Of a DNA stretch of 64,000 nucleotides, positions 1 to 9,676 are shown piece by piece (the stretch's first letter is position 1; each line of letters begins with the position of its first letter). The position numbers were made by a program, and so were the translations under genes. Below the pieces are notes generated by a model. It saw nothing but the letters and a program-made list of their open reading frames with translations, ran no database searches and had not been told where the DNA came from. The stretch comes from a bacterium (GTDB lineage Bacteria; Bacillota_I; Bacilli_A; RF39; UBA660), in NCBI GenBank assembly GCA_963661295.1, contig CAVLBI010000133.1, positions 168 through 64,167 on the forward strand. The letters are read 5' to 3'.

Positions 1-2
1 TC

Positions 3-380
3 ACAGTAAAAGAAAATGGAAATATAATTTATAGAGATACAGAGTATAAAACAGAAGAAAAAGTAACAAATGAAAAAGAACTAGAAGAAAGATTTGCTAA
101 GTTCAAAGAAGATGTAGAAGTACTTTTAAAAAAGAAAGAAGTAAACTTTGAAACAAAAAGACAAAATAATGAAATAATCAATTTATTAGTAACCATATTA
201 ATAACGCTAGTAATAATATTAGTAATCTATTTCTCAGTAAATGAATTATTAAGTGGAAATCTAACAGGATTCATCTGGTTAATTATAATGATTATTTATT
301 ATATAATACCTAGTCTTGGTACAAATCTAAGAAATAGATATAAACAAGCATATAGATTTATAAAAAGATTATTTAAATAG
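3..380 (+). CDS. hypothetical membrane protein, 3' end only (5' end lies outside the window)
   Basis: Reading frame 3 is open from the window edge to TAG at 378..380. The C-terminal part is hydrophobic (LLVTILITLVIILVIYF...IWLIIMIIYYIIP). Confidence 0.45.
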   Translation, partial: TVKENGNIIYRDTEYKTEEKVTNEKELEERFAKFKEDVEVLLKKKEVNFETKRQNNEIINLLVTILITLVIILVIYFSVNELLSGNLTGFIWLIIMIIYYIIPSLGTNLRNRYKQAYRFIKRLFK

Positions 381-425
381 TTTGAAAAAAATAAAAATAA
401 GTGATATATTAAATAAGTAAATACA

Positions 426-614
426 TTGACAAAGGACATGATAAGTTATCTAAGTCTAAAAGAGAGTTCATGGAAGGTGCGAATGAACAGACATTTAATT
501 TATTACTACCTTTAGAGTAGAATTATGAAAAATAATTCCGGATTATTCCGTTATTAAAGTAAGTAAAACAAAGGATGGTACCGTGCATAAGCACTCCTGT
601 ACTATCCTTTTTTG
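426..614 (+). promoter_or_regulatory. T-box riboswitch leader, probably Thr-specific, with terminator/antiterminator, upstream of the MBL-hydrolase/thrS operon
   Basis: TTGACA at 426..431. The conserved T-box core GGATGGTACCGTG is at 572..585. A terminator hairpin AGGATGGTAC...GTACTATCCT plus a T-run lies at 572..614. Candidate specifier ACU/ACC in ...TTACTACCTTT... is followed by a Stem-I-like helix. Confidence 0.6.
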
Positions 615-631
615 TATTTAAAGGAGGAAAT

Positions 632-1237
632 ATGAAAATAGAAGTATTACATCACGCATCAATAAAATTAACAGATGAAAAAACAATCTATATAGACCCA
701 TATAAGATAGATTTAAAAATACATGATGCAGACTATATCTTTATAACACACGATCACTATGATCACTATGACATAGAATCAATAAGAAATATAAGTAAAG
801 ATACAACTAAAATAATAGTTCCAAAAGTGTTAAAGGATGAACCAAACAGCCTAGTAGTAGAACCAAATAAACACTATAAAATAGATAACATATTATTTGA
901 TACAATAAGTTCCTATAACATTGGTAAGAGTTTTCATCCAAAAGAAAAAGGATATGTAGGCTACAATATTCTCTTAAAAGGAGTGTACTACTATATAATG
1001 GGTGATACAGATCGAACCGAGGAAGCTGATTCTGTAAAAACCGATATTTGCTTTGTACCAATAGGAGGTACTTACACGATGAATGTAACAGAAGCAACCA
1101 AATATATAAATGATTTAAAACCAGCAATTGCTATTCCAATACACTATGGTATGATAACTGGAAGTCTTGATCTTGCAACAGAATTTAAAAATAGTGTAAA
1201 TAAAGAAATAGATGTTGAAATAAAGATAAATAGTTAG
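632..1237 (+). CDS. MBL-fold metallo-hydrolase
   Basis: HxHxDH motif (ITHDHYDHYD). RBS AAGGAGGAAAT precedes ATG 632. The track ORF starts further upstream at 575. Confidence 0.8.
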   Translation: MKIEVLHHASIKLTDEKTIYIDPYKIDLKIHDADYIFITHDHYDHYDIESIRNISKDTTKIIVPKVLKDEPNSLVVEPNKHYKIDNILFDTISSYNIGKSFHPKEKGYVGYNILLKGVYYYIMGDTDRTEEADSVKTDICFVPIGGTYTMNVTEATKYINDLKPAIAIPIHYGMITGSLDLATEFKNSVNKEIDVEIKINS

Positions 1238-1247
1238 GAGAGATAAT

Positions 1248-3020
1248 ATGATAAATTTTAAAGAAGATAAAGATTTAATGCCACTTAACCATTCATGTGC
1301 TCATGTAATGGCTCAAGCAGTAAAACACTTATACCCAGAGGCTAAGTTTTGGGTAGGACCAGTAGTAGAAGAAGGCTTCTATTATGATATGGACCTAGGT
1401 GATAAAGTAATCACTGAAGAAGATATTGAAAAAATATCAAAAGAAATGAAAAAAATAATCAAAGATGGAAAAAGAATTGTAAGACATGAATTAACTAGAG
1501 AAGAAGCTCTAGAAATGTTTAAAAATGATGAGTACAAAATTGATTTAATTGAAAGAATGCCAGAAGATACATTAATTACTTGCTACACACAAGGAGACTA
1601 CACTGACCTTTGCCGTGGACCACACGTTGAATCAGTAAAAGAATGTAAATATTTTAAATTATTAAAATTTAGTGGAGCATACTGGAAAGGTGACTCTAAT
1701 AACAAAATGCTTCAAAGAATTTATGGAGTTTGCTTTAGAACGGAAGAAGACTTAGAAAAACATTTAGAAGAATTAGAAGAAGCAAAACAAAGAGATCATA
1801 GAAAAATAGGAAAAGACATGAAAATATTCATGTTAAGTGATTTAGTAGGACGTGGTCTACCTTTATGGTTACCAAATGGATATACATTATGGAGAACACT
1901 ACAAAACTATATCACAGATAAAGAAGTAGCTCATGGATATAAACATGTTCATACACCAGACCTTGGAAGTGTAGACTTATATAAGACATCAGGACACTGG
2001 GATCACTATAAAGATGATATGTTCCCAGCTATGGAATTAGACAATGAAGCATATGTACTTCGTCCAATGAACTGCCCACATCATATGGTAATATATGGAG
2101 CAGGTCTTCATTCATATCGTGACTTACCAATTAGAATTGCAGAAATTGCGAACGACTTTAGATATGAAGCGGCAGGAGCAGTAAAAGGAATTGAAAGAGC
2201 AAGAAACTTTACTCAAAATGACTCTCACATCTTCTGTACAAAAGGACAAATTGAAGATGAATTTAAAGGAGTTGTAGATTTAATCCTTGAAGTATATAAA
2301 GATTTTGGTATAGACGCAGATAACTGTGAATTCAGATTATCATTAAGAGATAAAGAATCAAAGACAAATAAATATTTTGATGATGATGAAATGTGGGATA
2401 CTGCAGAAAATGCATTAAGAAATGTATTAAATGATATTGGAATTAAATATTTTGAAGCAAAAGATGAAGCTGCATTCTATGGACCAAAGCTAGATATTTT
2501 AATACATCCAGCAGTAGGAAATTCAGTTGCCTTATCAACAATTCAATTAGACTTCTTACTACCAAAGAGATTTGATTTAACATATATCGCTGAAGGTGGA
2601 GAAAAAGAAACACCAGTAGTAATTCACCGTGCAATATTAGGATCCCTTGATAGATTTATTGCCTTCTTACTAGAAGAGACAAAAGGAATACTTCCAACAT
2701 GGTTAGCTCCACTTCAAGTAAAAGTAATTCCAGTAAATAGTGAATATCAAAGTGATTATGCTGAAGAAGTTAATGCTTTCTTAAAAGAAAATAACATTAG
2801 AACTGAAACAGATACAAGAGATGAAAAATTAGGATATCGCCTAAGAGAAGCACAAACAAGCAAAGTTCCATATACATTAATATTAGGAGATAACGAAAAA
2901 GAAAATAAACAAATAAGTTATAGATTATATGGAGAAAAAGAAACAACTACAGTATCATTTGGTGAATTCTTAAAAATAATTAATGAAGATATTGAAAGTA
3001 AAAAAAGAAGAGACAAATAA
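1248..3020 (+). CDS. thrS: threonine--tRNA ligase (short form, lacks the N-terminal TGS domain)
   Basis: 590 aa. HSCAHVMAQAV editing-domain motif, class II aaRS core and a C-terminal anticodon-binding region. It starts 10 nt after the previous gene, so they are co-transcribed. Confidence 0.95.
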   Translation: MINFKEDKDLMPLNHSCAHVMAQAVKHLYPEAKFWVGPVVEEGFYYDMDLGDKVITEEDIEKISKEMKKIIKDGKRIVRHELTREEALEMFKNDEYKIDLIERMPEDTLITCYTQGDYTDLCRGPHVESVKECKYFKLLKFSGAYWKGDSNNKMLQRIYGVCFRTEEDLEKHLEELEEAKQRDHRKIGKDMKIFMLSDLVGRGLPLWLPNGYTLWRTLQNYITDKEVAHGYKHVHTPDLGSVDLYKTSGHWDHYKDDMFPAMELDNEAYVLRPMNCPHHMVIYGAGLHSYRDLPIRIAEIANDFRYEAAGAVKGIERARNFTQNDSHIFCTKGQIEDEFKGVVDLILEVYKDFGIDADNCEFRLSLRDKESKTNKYFDDDEMWDTAENALRNVLNDIGIKYFEAKDEAAFYGPKLDILIHPAVGNSVALSTIQLDFLLPKRFDLTYIAEGGEKETPVVIHRAILGSLDRFIAFLLEETKGILPTWLAPLQVKVIPVNSEYQSDYAEEVNAFLKENNIRTETDTRDEKLGYRLREAQTSKVPYTLILGDNEKENKQISYRLYGEKETTTVSFGEFLKIINEDIESKKRRDK

Positions 3021-3110
3021 TAAAAGAAAAGGGTAATAGCTAAAACTACTATCCTTTTCTTGACTAAAATTTAAAATTAACCTAGTATAAAAAATATAAG
3101 ACGTGATTCT

Positions 3111-3668
3111 ATGAAGACAAAAAAAGACTTTAAAAAAGAATATGAAAATCACGAAATAGAAAGCAAATTATTAAAACAAATAAATTCAAAAGAAGATTTA
3201 GAAGTAATTTTTGAACTAGAAAAGGATGAGCTTGCCGATTGTAAAAACGTATGCAGTAAAGAAAAAAGAGCCAATTATATTCAATCCTTACTCTCAAAGA
3301 TAGAAAATATATTTTCATTTTTCACAGGCTTTTATAACGAAGATGGAATATATGCAGAAGACAATGAAATATTAAATGACTATATAAAAACATTAAAGAC
3401 TCAAGAGACTTTCTTCGAATTATTAAGAACTTCAGTAACAGAAGACAATTACAAAGAAATAGCTAAATTGGTTGACTATTCAGTTAAATGTTTTAATTAT
3501 ATAATTGATTATTATGATGGAATAAGAGAACAACTTGACTATTACTATCAAGGAATAACTTATATAGGTGTAAATGAAGATACAAGAGATGCCTATACTG
3601 AGTTTATGACATCAGAAATACATAGAATAGTAAGTACAAAAAACCTAGAAAAAGTAAAAAGATTATGA
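3111..3668 (+). CDS. hypothetical protein
   Basis: 185-aa ORF with coding-like composition and no recognisable motif. Confidence 0.5.
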   Translation: MKTKKDFKKEYENHEIESKLLKQINSKEDLEVIFELEKDELADCKNVCSKEKRANYIQSLLSKIENIFSFFTGFYNEDGIYAEDNEILNDYIKTLKTQETFFELLRTSVTEDNYKEIAKLVDYSVKCFNYIIDYYDGIREQLDYYYQGITYIGVNEDTRDAYTEFMTSEIHRIVSTKNLEKVKRL

Positions 3669-3705
3669 TATAATTAAACGTGTTTGTTATATGGGTGGTG
3701 ATGTT

Positions 3706-5430
3706 ATGAATAATGATCTTGCGAATACTATTCGTAGTAGAGTAGATATTGTAGATATTATTGGAGAACGTATACCATTAACTGCCCGAGGAAAAAACTT
3801 TTTTGGAGTCTGTCCATTTCATGATGACTCAAACCCATCATTATCTGTATCAAGAGAAAAACAAATATATACATGCTTTTCTTGTCATGCAACAGGTAAT
3901 GTTTTTACTTTTTTAATGAACTATGAACATATCGATTTTAGAGAAGCCTTAAAATATTTAGGTGATAGAGTAGGAATAGACACAGGAAATATTCATATTA
4001 AACAAAAAACAAATAAATTCGATAAATTATATGCAGCATACAACTTATCATTAAAATATTTTCAAAATAATTTAAATAGTACTTATGGAAAAGAAGCAAA
4101 AAAATATTTATTAAATAGAAAAATAGATGAAAATATAATAAAAGAATTTGAAATAGGTTTATCCCTTGATACAAGAAATGATTTAACTAAGTTACTTACA
4201 AGTAAAGAATATGACTTAGTAACGTTAAATAGAATAGGTTTATCAAGTGATGATCATGATATATATAATGATAGAATTATGTTTCCACTTTATGATGTAT
4301 CTGGAAAATGTGTAGGATTTAGTGGTAGAATTTATAAAGACAATGGTCAAAATAAATATTTAAATACCAAAGAAACAGATATTTTTAAAAAAGGTGAAAT
4401 ATTATATCATTACCATATAGCCAAAGAAGAATGCCGTCTAAAAAAATCTGTAATAGTAATGGAAGGATTTATGGACGTCATAAGAGCAAGTTCAATTGGT
4501 ATAAAAAACACAGTCGCACTAATGGGAACAGCCCTAACAAAAGAACAAATAAACCTTATTAAAAGACTATCTAATAATATAATACTATGTCTTGACGGAG
4601 ATAATCCTGGTCAACATGCAACTCTAAATATTGGAGAAATGTTATTAGATAAAGGAATAGAAGTAAAAGTTATTAAACTTCCTAATCCAGATGATCCTGA
4701 CACATTTATATTAAATAATGGTAGTGAAAGATTTATTAATCTTATAGAATCAGCTCAAAACTTCTCTGATTATAAAATGAACAGTCTAAAAGAACATGTT
4801 AATTTTAAAAGTGATGAAGAAAAGGCAGATTACATTAATAAAGTTATTGAAGAAACAGCAAAATTAGAAGACCCAATTAGAAGAGAAGTTATATTAAAAA
4901 GACTTGCAAAAGAGTTTGATATAGGGTATAATACACTGGAAATGCGTATAAATAGTCTTTTGAAGAGTGAACCAAAAGTAAAAGAAGTATTTATACCGAA
5001 AAAGACTATAGAAAAAAAGGATAAGTATGTAAAAGCTTATGAACAAATAATATATTTCATGCTTAATAATGATTGGGTAATAACACGGGTAGAGAAAGAA
5101 AGAATAATTTTTCCTACTGAAGTAATGCGAACTACTTGCAGTGAGATAATATATTATTATAAAAAGTATGGGAATATAAATGTTGCAGACTTTTACACTT
5201 ATATTCAAGATAAAGAAGACATTCTAAAATTCTTAAATAATATTTTAGCTGGCAATTATCTAGAAAACACTACAGTTGAGGAGTTAGTTCTATATTTCAA
5301 TGTCACAAGAGAATACATTGAACGTCAAGAAATAAGAAGACTCACAAATTTAATGAAAAAAGAAGTGGACCCACTAGAACAAGCCAAAATATCAGAAAAG
5401 ATTAGAAAGTTAAGGTTAGGAGATAGTTAG
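3706..5430 (+). CDS. dnaG: DNA primase
   Basis: Zinc-ribbon CPFHDDSNPS...CFSCHATGN. TOPRIM block VIVMEGFMDV...LDGDNPG. RBS GGTGGTGA is 4 nt before ATG 3706. The track ORF starts at 3691. Confidence 0.9.
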   Translation: MNNDLANTIRSRVDIVDIIGERIPLTARGKNFFGVCPFHDDSNPSLSVSREKQIYTCFSCHATGNVFTFLMNYEHIDFREALKYLGDRVGIDTGNIHIKQKTNKFDKLYAAYNLSLKYFQNNLNSTYGKEAKKYLLNRKIDENIIKEFEIGLSLDTRNDLTKLLTSKEYDLVTLNRIGLSSDDHDIYNDRIMFPLYDVSGKCVGFSGRIYKDNGQNKYLNTKETDIFKKGEILYHYHIAKEECRLKKSVIVMEGFMDVIRASSIGIKNTVALMGTALTKEQINLIKRLSNNIILCLDGDNPGQHATLNIGEMLLDKGIEVKVIKLPNPDDPDTFILNNGSERFINLIESAQNFSDYKMNSLKEHVNFKSDEEKADYINKVIEETAKLEDPIRREVILKRLAKEFDIGYNTLEMRINSLLKSEPKVKEVFIPKKTIEKKDKYVKAYEQIIYFMLNNDWVITRVEKERIIFPTEVMRTTCSEIIYYYKKYGNINVADFYTYIQDKEDILKFLNNILAGNYLENTTVEELVLYFNVTREYIERQEIRRLTNLMKKEVDPLEQAKISEKIRKLRLGDS

Positions 5431-5433
5431 AGT

Positions 5434-6525
5434 ATGGTTGGAGAAATAAAAACATTAGAAGAAAGAAAAGAAAAGTTAATTGCTCTTGGTAAAAAGCAAG
5501 GATATGTAACATATGAACAATTAGCAGATCAATTAAAAGGTCTTGAAGTTGATAGTGACTCATTAGATGAGTTATATAATGCTTTAGTAGAAGCAAACAT
5601 CGAAATTGTATCAGAAGATGGTAGTGATGATGTATCTGGTGAAGAAATAACACAAGACATGTCAGTTGAAAACTTAACTTTATCAAAAGATGTAAAAATA
5701 AATGATCCAGTTAGAATGTACTTAAAAGAAATTGGACGTATTAACTTACTTACATCTGATGAAGAGTTTGAATATGCTCAAAGAGCAGTTGAAGGTGATG
5801 AAGAAGCAAAGAAAATTCTTGCTGAATCAAACTTACGTCTAGTTGTTAGTATCGCAAAAAGATATGTTGGACGTGGAATGTTATTCTTAGATTTAATCCA
5901 AGAAGGAAACATCGGTTTAATGAAAGCTGTAGAAAAGTTTGACCCAACAAAAGGTTACAAATTTTCAACTTATGCAACATGGTGGATAAGACAAGCAATT
6001 ACTCGTGCTATTGCTGACCAAGCAAGAACAATACGTGTACCAGTTCATATGGTAGAAACAATCAATAAACTAGCAAGAGTACAACGTCAATTAACACAAG
6101 AGTTAAATAGAGAGCCAACTGATGAAGAAATAGCAAAGAAACTTGGAATTACAATTGAAAAAGTAAGAGAAGTATATAAAATTAGTCAAGACCCAGTATC
6201 ATTAGAAACACCAATAGGTGAAGAAGATGATTCACATTTAGGAGACTTCATAAGAGATGAAAAGACTATGGGTCCAGAAGAATATGCAACAATTGAAATG
6301 TTAAAAGAAGAATTAAGAAATGTTTTATCAACATTAACTGAAAGAGAAGAAAAAGTATTAAGATTACGTTTTGGTCTTGATGATGGACAATGTAGAACTC
6401 TTGAAGAAGTAGGACAAATATTTGGAGTTACAAGAGAAAGAATTCGTCAAATAGAAGCCAAAGCATTAAGAAAATTAAGACATCCATCACGTTCTCGTAA
6501 ACTTAAGGATTTCCTAACAGACTAA
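5434..6525 (+). CDS. sigA: RNA polymerase primary sigma factor (sigma-70/SigA)
   Basis: Regions 1.2 to 4 are present ([43 protein letters not shown], region-4 HTH). It sits in dnaG-sigA-trmK synteny. Confidence 0.95.
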   Translation: MVGEIKTLEERKEKLIALGKKQGYVTYEQLADQLKGLEVDSDSLDELYNALVEANIEIVSEDGSDDVSGEEITQDMSVENLTLSKDVKINDPVRMYLKEIGRINLLTSDEEFEYAQRAVEGDEEAKKILAESNLRLVVSIAKRYVGRGMLFLDLIQEGNIGLMKAVEKFDPTKGYKFSTYATWWIRQAITRAIADQARTIRVPVHMVETINKLARVQRQLTQELNREPTDEEIAKKLGITIEKVREVYKISQDPVSLETPIGEEDDSHLGDFIRDEKTMGPEEYATIEMLKEELRNVLSTLTEREEKVLRLRFGLDDGQCRTLEEVGQIFGVTRERIRQIEAKALRKLRHPSRSRKLKDFLTD

Positions 6526-7193
6526 TGAAAATTAATGCAAGACTTAAAAAAATAGGAGATTTAGTAGAAGCTAACTCCTTTTGTTTGGATGTTGGTTGCG
6601 ATCACGCCTTATTAGATATCTATCTTATTCATAGGGATAAAAACATAAAAACAATTGCCAGTGATATCGCAAGAGGACCTCTAGACCAAGCAAAAAAGAA
6701 TATAAAAAGAGAACATTTAGAAGATGTCATCGAAACAAGACTAGGACCAGGACTTAGTACATACACGCAAGAAGTAAATACAATTATTATTTCTGGAATG
6801 GGCGGAAGAAATATAATTGGAATATGTAAAGATAATTTAAACATATTAAAAAAAATAAACACGCTTATAATAAGCCCAAACAATTATCAAGAAGATGTCA
6901 AAAAATACTTATGTAAACACGGTTTTTATATTTCTAATGAAGAATTTGTAAAAGATAAGAAATTTATTTATCAAATAATTATCCTAAAAAGAGGAAAAAA
7001 GAAATATACAAAAAAAGAATATTTCTTTGGACCAATCTTCTTAGAAAAAAAAGGACCATTGTTTAGAGAATACTTTGATAGGGAGTTAAAAACACGCGAA
7101 ATATTGATTAGTATGCTTCCTAATAATTTTAGATTAAAAAAATATAAATTAAAAAAAGAAATCAAAATGATTAAAAATGAAATAGAAGACTAG
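6525..7193 (+). CDS. trmK: tRNA (adenine22-N1)-methyltransferase TrmK (YqfN-like)
   Basis: SAM-binding DVGCDHALL motif. Its position immediately after sigA matches Bacillus. Confidence 0.8.
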   Translation: MKINARLKKIGDLVEANSFCLDVGCDHALLDIYLIHRDKNIKTIASDIARGPLDQAKKNIKREHLEDVIETRLGPGLSTYTQEVNTIIISGMGGRNIIGICKDNLNILKKINTLIISPNNYQEDVKKYLCKHGFYISNEEFVKDKKFIYQIIILKRGKKKYTKKEYFFGPIFLEKKGPLFREYFDRELKTREILISMLPNNFRLKKYKLKKEIKMIKNEIED

Positions 7194-7209
7194 AAATTAG
7201 TCTTTTTTT
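7187..7209 (+). terminator. rho-independent terminator after trmK
   Basis: Hairpin AGACTAGAAATTAGTCT followed by a T-run. Confidence 0.5.
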
Positions 7210-7238
7210 GTTTTATAATTAGTTTACTGAGGTGTAAG

Positions 7239-8570
7239 ATGAAAAGAATAGTAGTACTAATATTAAGTATCTTTACTTTATTTACATTTACAAATGTATA
7301 TGCTAAAGATACAGTATATTCATTAAATAAATATAGTAAAGAAACATTTAAAAATATAGAAAAAAGTTATAATTCAAAAAATGAAATAGATGGTTATATA
7401 ATAGCTGGATCTTATGAAACAAAAGAAGAAAGCAAAGACGAAGAATTAAGTGAAAAAGTAATCATAGTAAAATATGATAAAACAGGTAATGTATTATGGA
7501 CATACACAGATGATAGAGCAAAAGAAGAGTCATCAAATACATTAGGCTATACATATGATGAAGATGGTAAAATTAATGGTTACTTTTATACAAGCACAAA
7601 AACAACAGAAGACAATAAAAGAAATGTCATAGTAAAATTAAATTTAAAAGGAAAATTAGTAGAAGAAAAAACATCTTCATTAGAAGAAGACAAAGAAATA
7701 ATAAAGTTAGTTCCATCATTTAATAATGAGAAAAAATGTGATGGATATATTGGGATTGCAAATAGTGAAGAACAAGCATCAATTATAAAATATGATAAAG
7801 ACTTTAACTTACTATGGGTCAAAGATTATGAAGAAAATGCTAACTACAAAGATATAGAAATTATAAATACTAACGGTGAAGAGTCTGGCCTTATTGCATT
7901 AGTAGAACTAAAAACAGAAGACAAACAATTAAAACTTATAAAAAATGATTTAGAAGGAAATGTTGAAAAGACAATAAAAGAAGACTTTGAGGAAACTGAT
8001 AATCCAAGATTAGAAAAATCAGACAATGGCTTTATGGTGTATGGCTATACAAGTCAATTAAAATTAAGTAATAACAAAACGACAAGTTATTATCTAGTTA
8101 CCTTCAATGAAGATGGCGAAGAAACAAATGAAACAGTAGGTAATACTCCAATAAATCTTGAAAAAACACTAAAACTAGTTCCGATAATAAAAGAAAATAA
8201 ATTGGAAAAATACTTATTACTATATACAAATGATCTTGACTCAAGCATAGAAGTTGTAGAAATTAATAATCAAGGAGTAGAAACAAAGAAAATAAAAAAG
8301 ATTAATAATGACTACTATAATATATTAAACTTTGCCTCAGAAGGTGAAACATTATATATTATTGGTCAAATAAAATGTCCAGAAGAAGATAATTGTGATT
8401 ATAATGATAATTCATTATTAATAATAAGCGATGAAGATAAAGTTATAGAAGTAAAAGAAAGTGATAATACAAGTATCATAATCGCATCATCTATCTTTAT
8501 AGGACTAGTAGTAATTCTAGTAATCTTAAAAAAATCCAAGAAAAAAAGTAACAAGAAAAGAAGCAATTAA
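7239..8570 (+). CDS. surface protein with signal peptide, repeated KYDKxGNxLW (beta-propeller-like) motifs and a C-terminal hydrophobic segment followed by a basic tail
   Basis: N-terminal signal peptide MKRIVVLILSIFTLFTFTNVYA. Internal repeats VKYDKTGNVLWTY / IKYDKDFNLLWVK. C-terminus IIIASSIFIGLVVILVILKKSKKKSNKKRSN. Confidence 0.7.
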   Translation: MKRIVVLILSIFTLFTFTNVYAKDTVYSLNKYSKETFKNIEKSYNSKNEIDGYIIAGSYETKEESKDEELSEKVIIVKYDKTGNVLWTYTDDRAKEESSNTLGYTYDEDGKINGYFYTSTKTTEDNKRNVIVKLNLKGKLVEEKTSSLEEDKEIIKLVPSFNNEKKCDGYIGIANSEEQASIIKYDKDFNLLWVKDYEENANYKDIEIINTNGEESGLIALVELKTEDKQLKLIKNDLEGNVEKTIKEDFEETDNPRLEKSDNGFMVYGYTSQLKLSNNKTTSYYLVTFNEDGEETNETVGNTPINLEKTLKLVPIIKENKLEKYLLLYTNDLDSSIEVVEINNQGVETKKIKKINNDYYNILNFASEGETLYIIGQIKCPEEDNCDYNDNSLLIISDEDKVIEVKESDNTSIIIASSIFIGLVVILVILKKSKKKSNKKRSN

Positions 8571-8923
8571 TTGCTTCTTTTTATATGCTTAGAAAAAATA
8601 GCTCCAAGACAACAACTACAAAATATAATTAAATAATAAATTATAAGTCTAAGACTAATTGTATTAAATAGTAAACTACATATAAAAAATGGAATAATAA
8701 ACATAAGTGAATATCTAGAACCAGTAACATAACCTTTAGTCTTATAACTTTCACCAACTATAAAACTACATACAAATAAACTAATAATTAAAGAAAATAA
8801 CTTAAAAAAATTAAATATTTGTAAATTTATAATATCAAAATAATAAAAAACACTAAAAATACTAACAAATAAAACTAAAGATATAATATTAATTAAATAT
8901 AATTTTAAATATTTCATAAACAC
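8567..8923 (-). CDS. small polytopic membrane protein (hypothetical)
   Basis: 118 aa with 3-4 predicted TM segments. It is one of only five minus-strand genes in the window. Confidence 0.45.
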   Translation of the reverse strand: MFMKYLKLYLINIISLVLFVSIFSVFYYFDIINLQIFNFFKLFSLIISLFVCSFIVGESYKTKGYVTGSRYSLMFIIPFFICSLLFNTISLRLIIYYLIIFCSCCLGAIFSKHIKRSN

Positions 8924-8989
8924 CTCAATAAATAAATATGTAAAGTATAAAACAAATATTCTTGGTTATTATAATATTGGGTGAGTAAA

Positions 8990-9631
8990 ATGGAATATTT
9001 AACTATTCTTTTCAGATCAACATTATTTTATCTACTTATAAATTTATTTTATAGATTAATGGGTAAAAGAGAAATTGGTGAATTATCAATAATGGACTTT
9101 ATAGTATCAATATTCATTGCTGAAGTCGCAGGTATTTCTATAGAAAACTATGATGATAGTATATTTCGTTCCTTAATACCAATCATTGTCTTAGTATTAC
9201 TTCAAGTAATTTTTTCATTTATCACTCTAAAAAATAATAAATTTAGAGAAATTGTAGATGGAAAACCATCAGTAATAATAAAAGAAGGAAAGATTAATTT
9301 TGAAGAAATGCTTAAACAAAGATATAACCTAGATGACTTATTAACTCAACTAAGAGAAAAATCAATAAAATCAATTGTTGATGTTGATTATGCAATATTA
9401 GAAACAAGTGGTAAACTATCAGTCTTCGCAAAAGATGAGAAAAATAAAGACTATCCATTAGCCGTAATATTAGATGGAAAAATAGAAGAAGATGTCCTAA
9501 AAGACATAAATAAAAACACATTCTGGTTAGAAGACCAACTAGAAAAGCAAAAAATTTCACTAGATGAAGTATTCTATGCATTTTACAAAGATAAAGATTT
9601 ATATATAATTGAAAAATCTAAGATAAAATGA
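8990..9631 (+). CDS. DUF421 (YetF/YdfS-family) membrane protein
   Basis: RLMGKREIGELSIMDFIV and DYAILETSGKLSV motifs. GGTGAG RBS before ATG 8990. Confidence 0.75.
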   Translation: MEYLTILFRSTLFYLLINLFYRLMGKREIGELSIMDFIVSIFIAEVAGISIENYDDSIFRSLIPIIVLVLLQVIFSFITLKNNKFREIVDGKPSVIIKEGKINFEEMLKQRYNLDDLLTQLREKSIKSIVDVDYAILETSGKLSVFAKDEKNKDYPLAVILDGKIEEDVLKDINKNTFWLEDQLEKQKISLDEVFYAFYKDKDLYIIEKSKIK

Positions 9632-9676
9632 CAATATTCCCTATACAATATTTGTAATATTATCTTGGTGAAACAA

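Noticed and set aside
807-1127. Numerous minus-strand ORFs of 60-130 aa lying antisense inside long + strand genes (for example 807..1127, 2443..2634, 4894..5208, 5402..5686, 29138..29527, 60919..61305, 61302..61661)
   Set aside because: Each is fully contained in a well-supported gene on the opposite strand. They have Leu/Phe/Ile-rich low-complexity translations typical of antisense frames in AT-rich DNA, and they have no RBS. They were treated as spurious.
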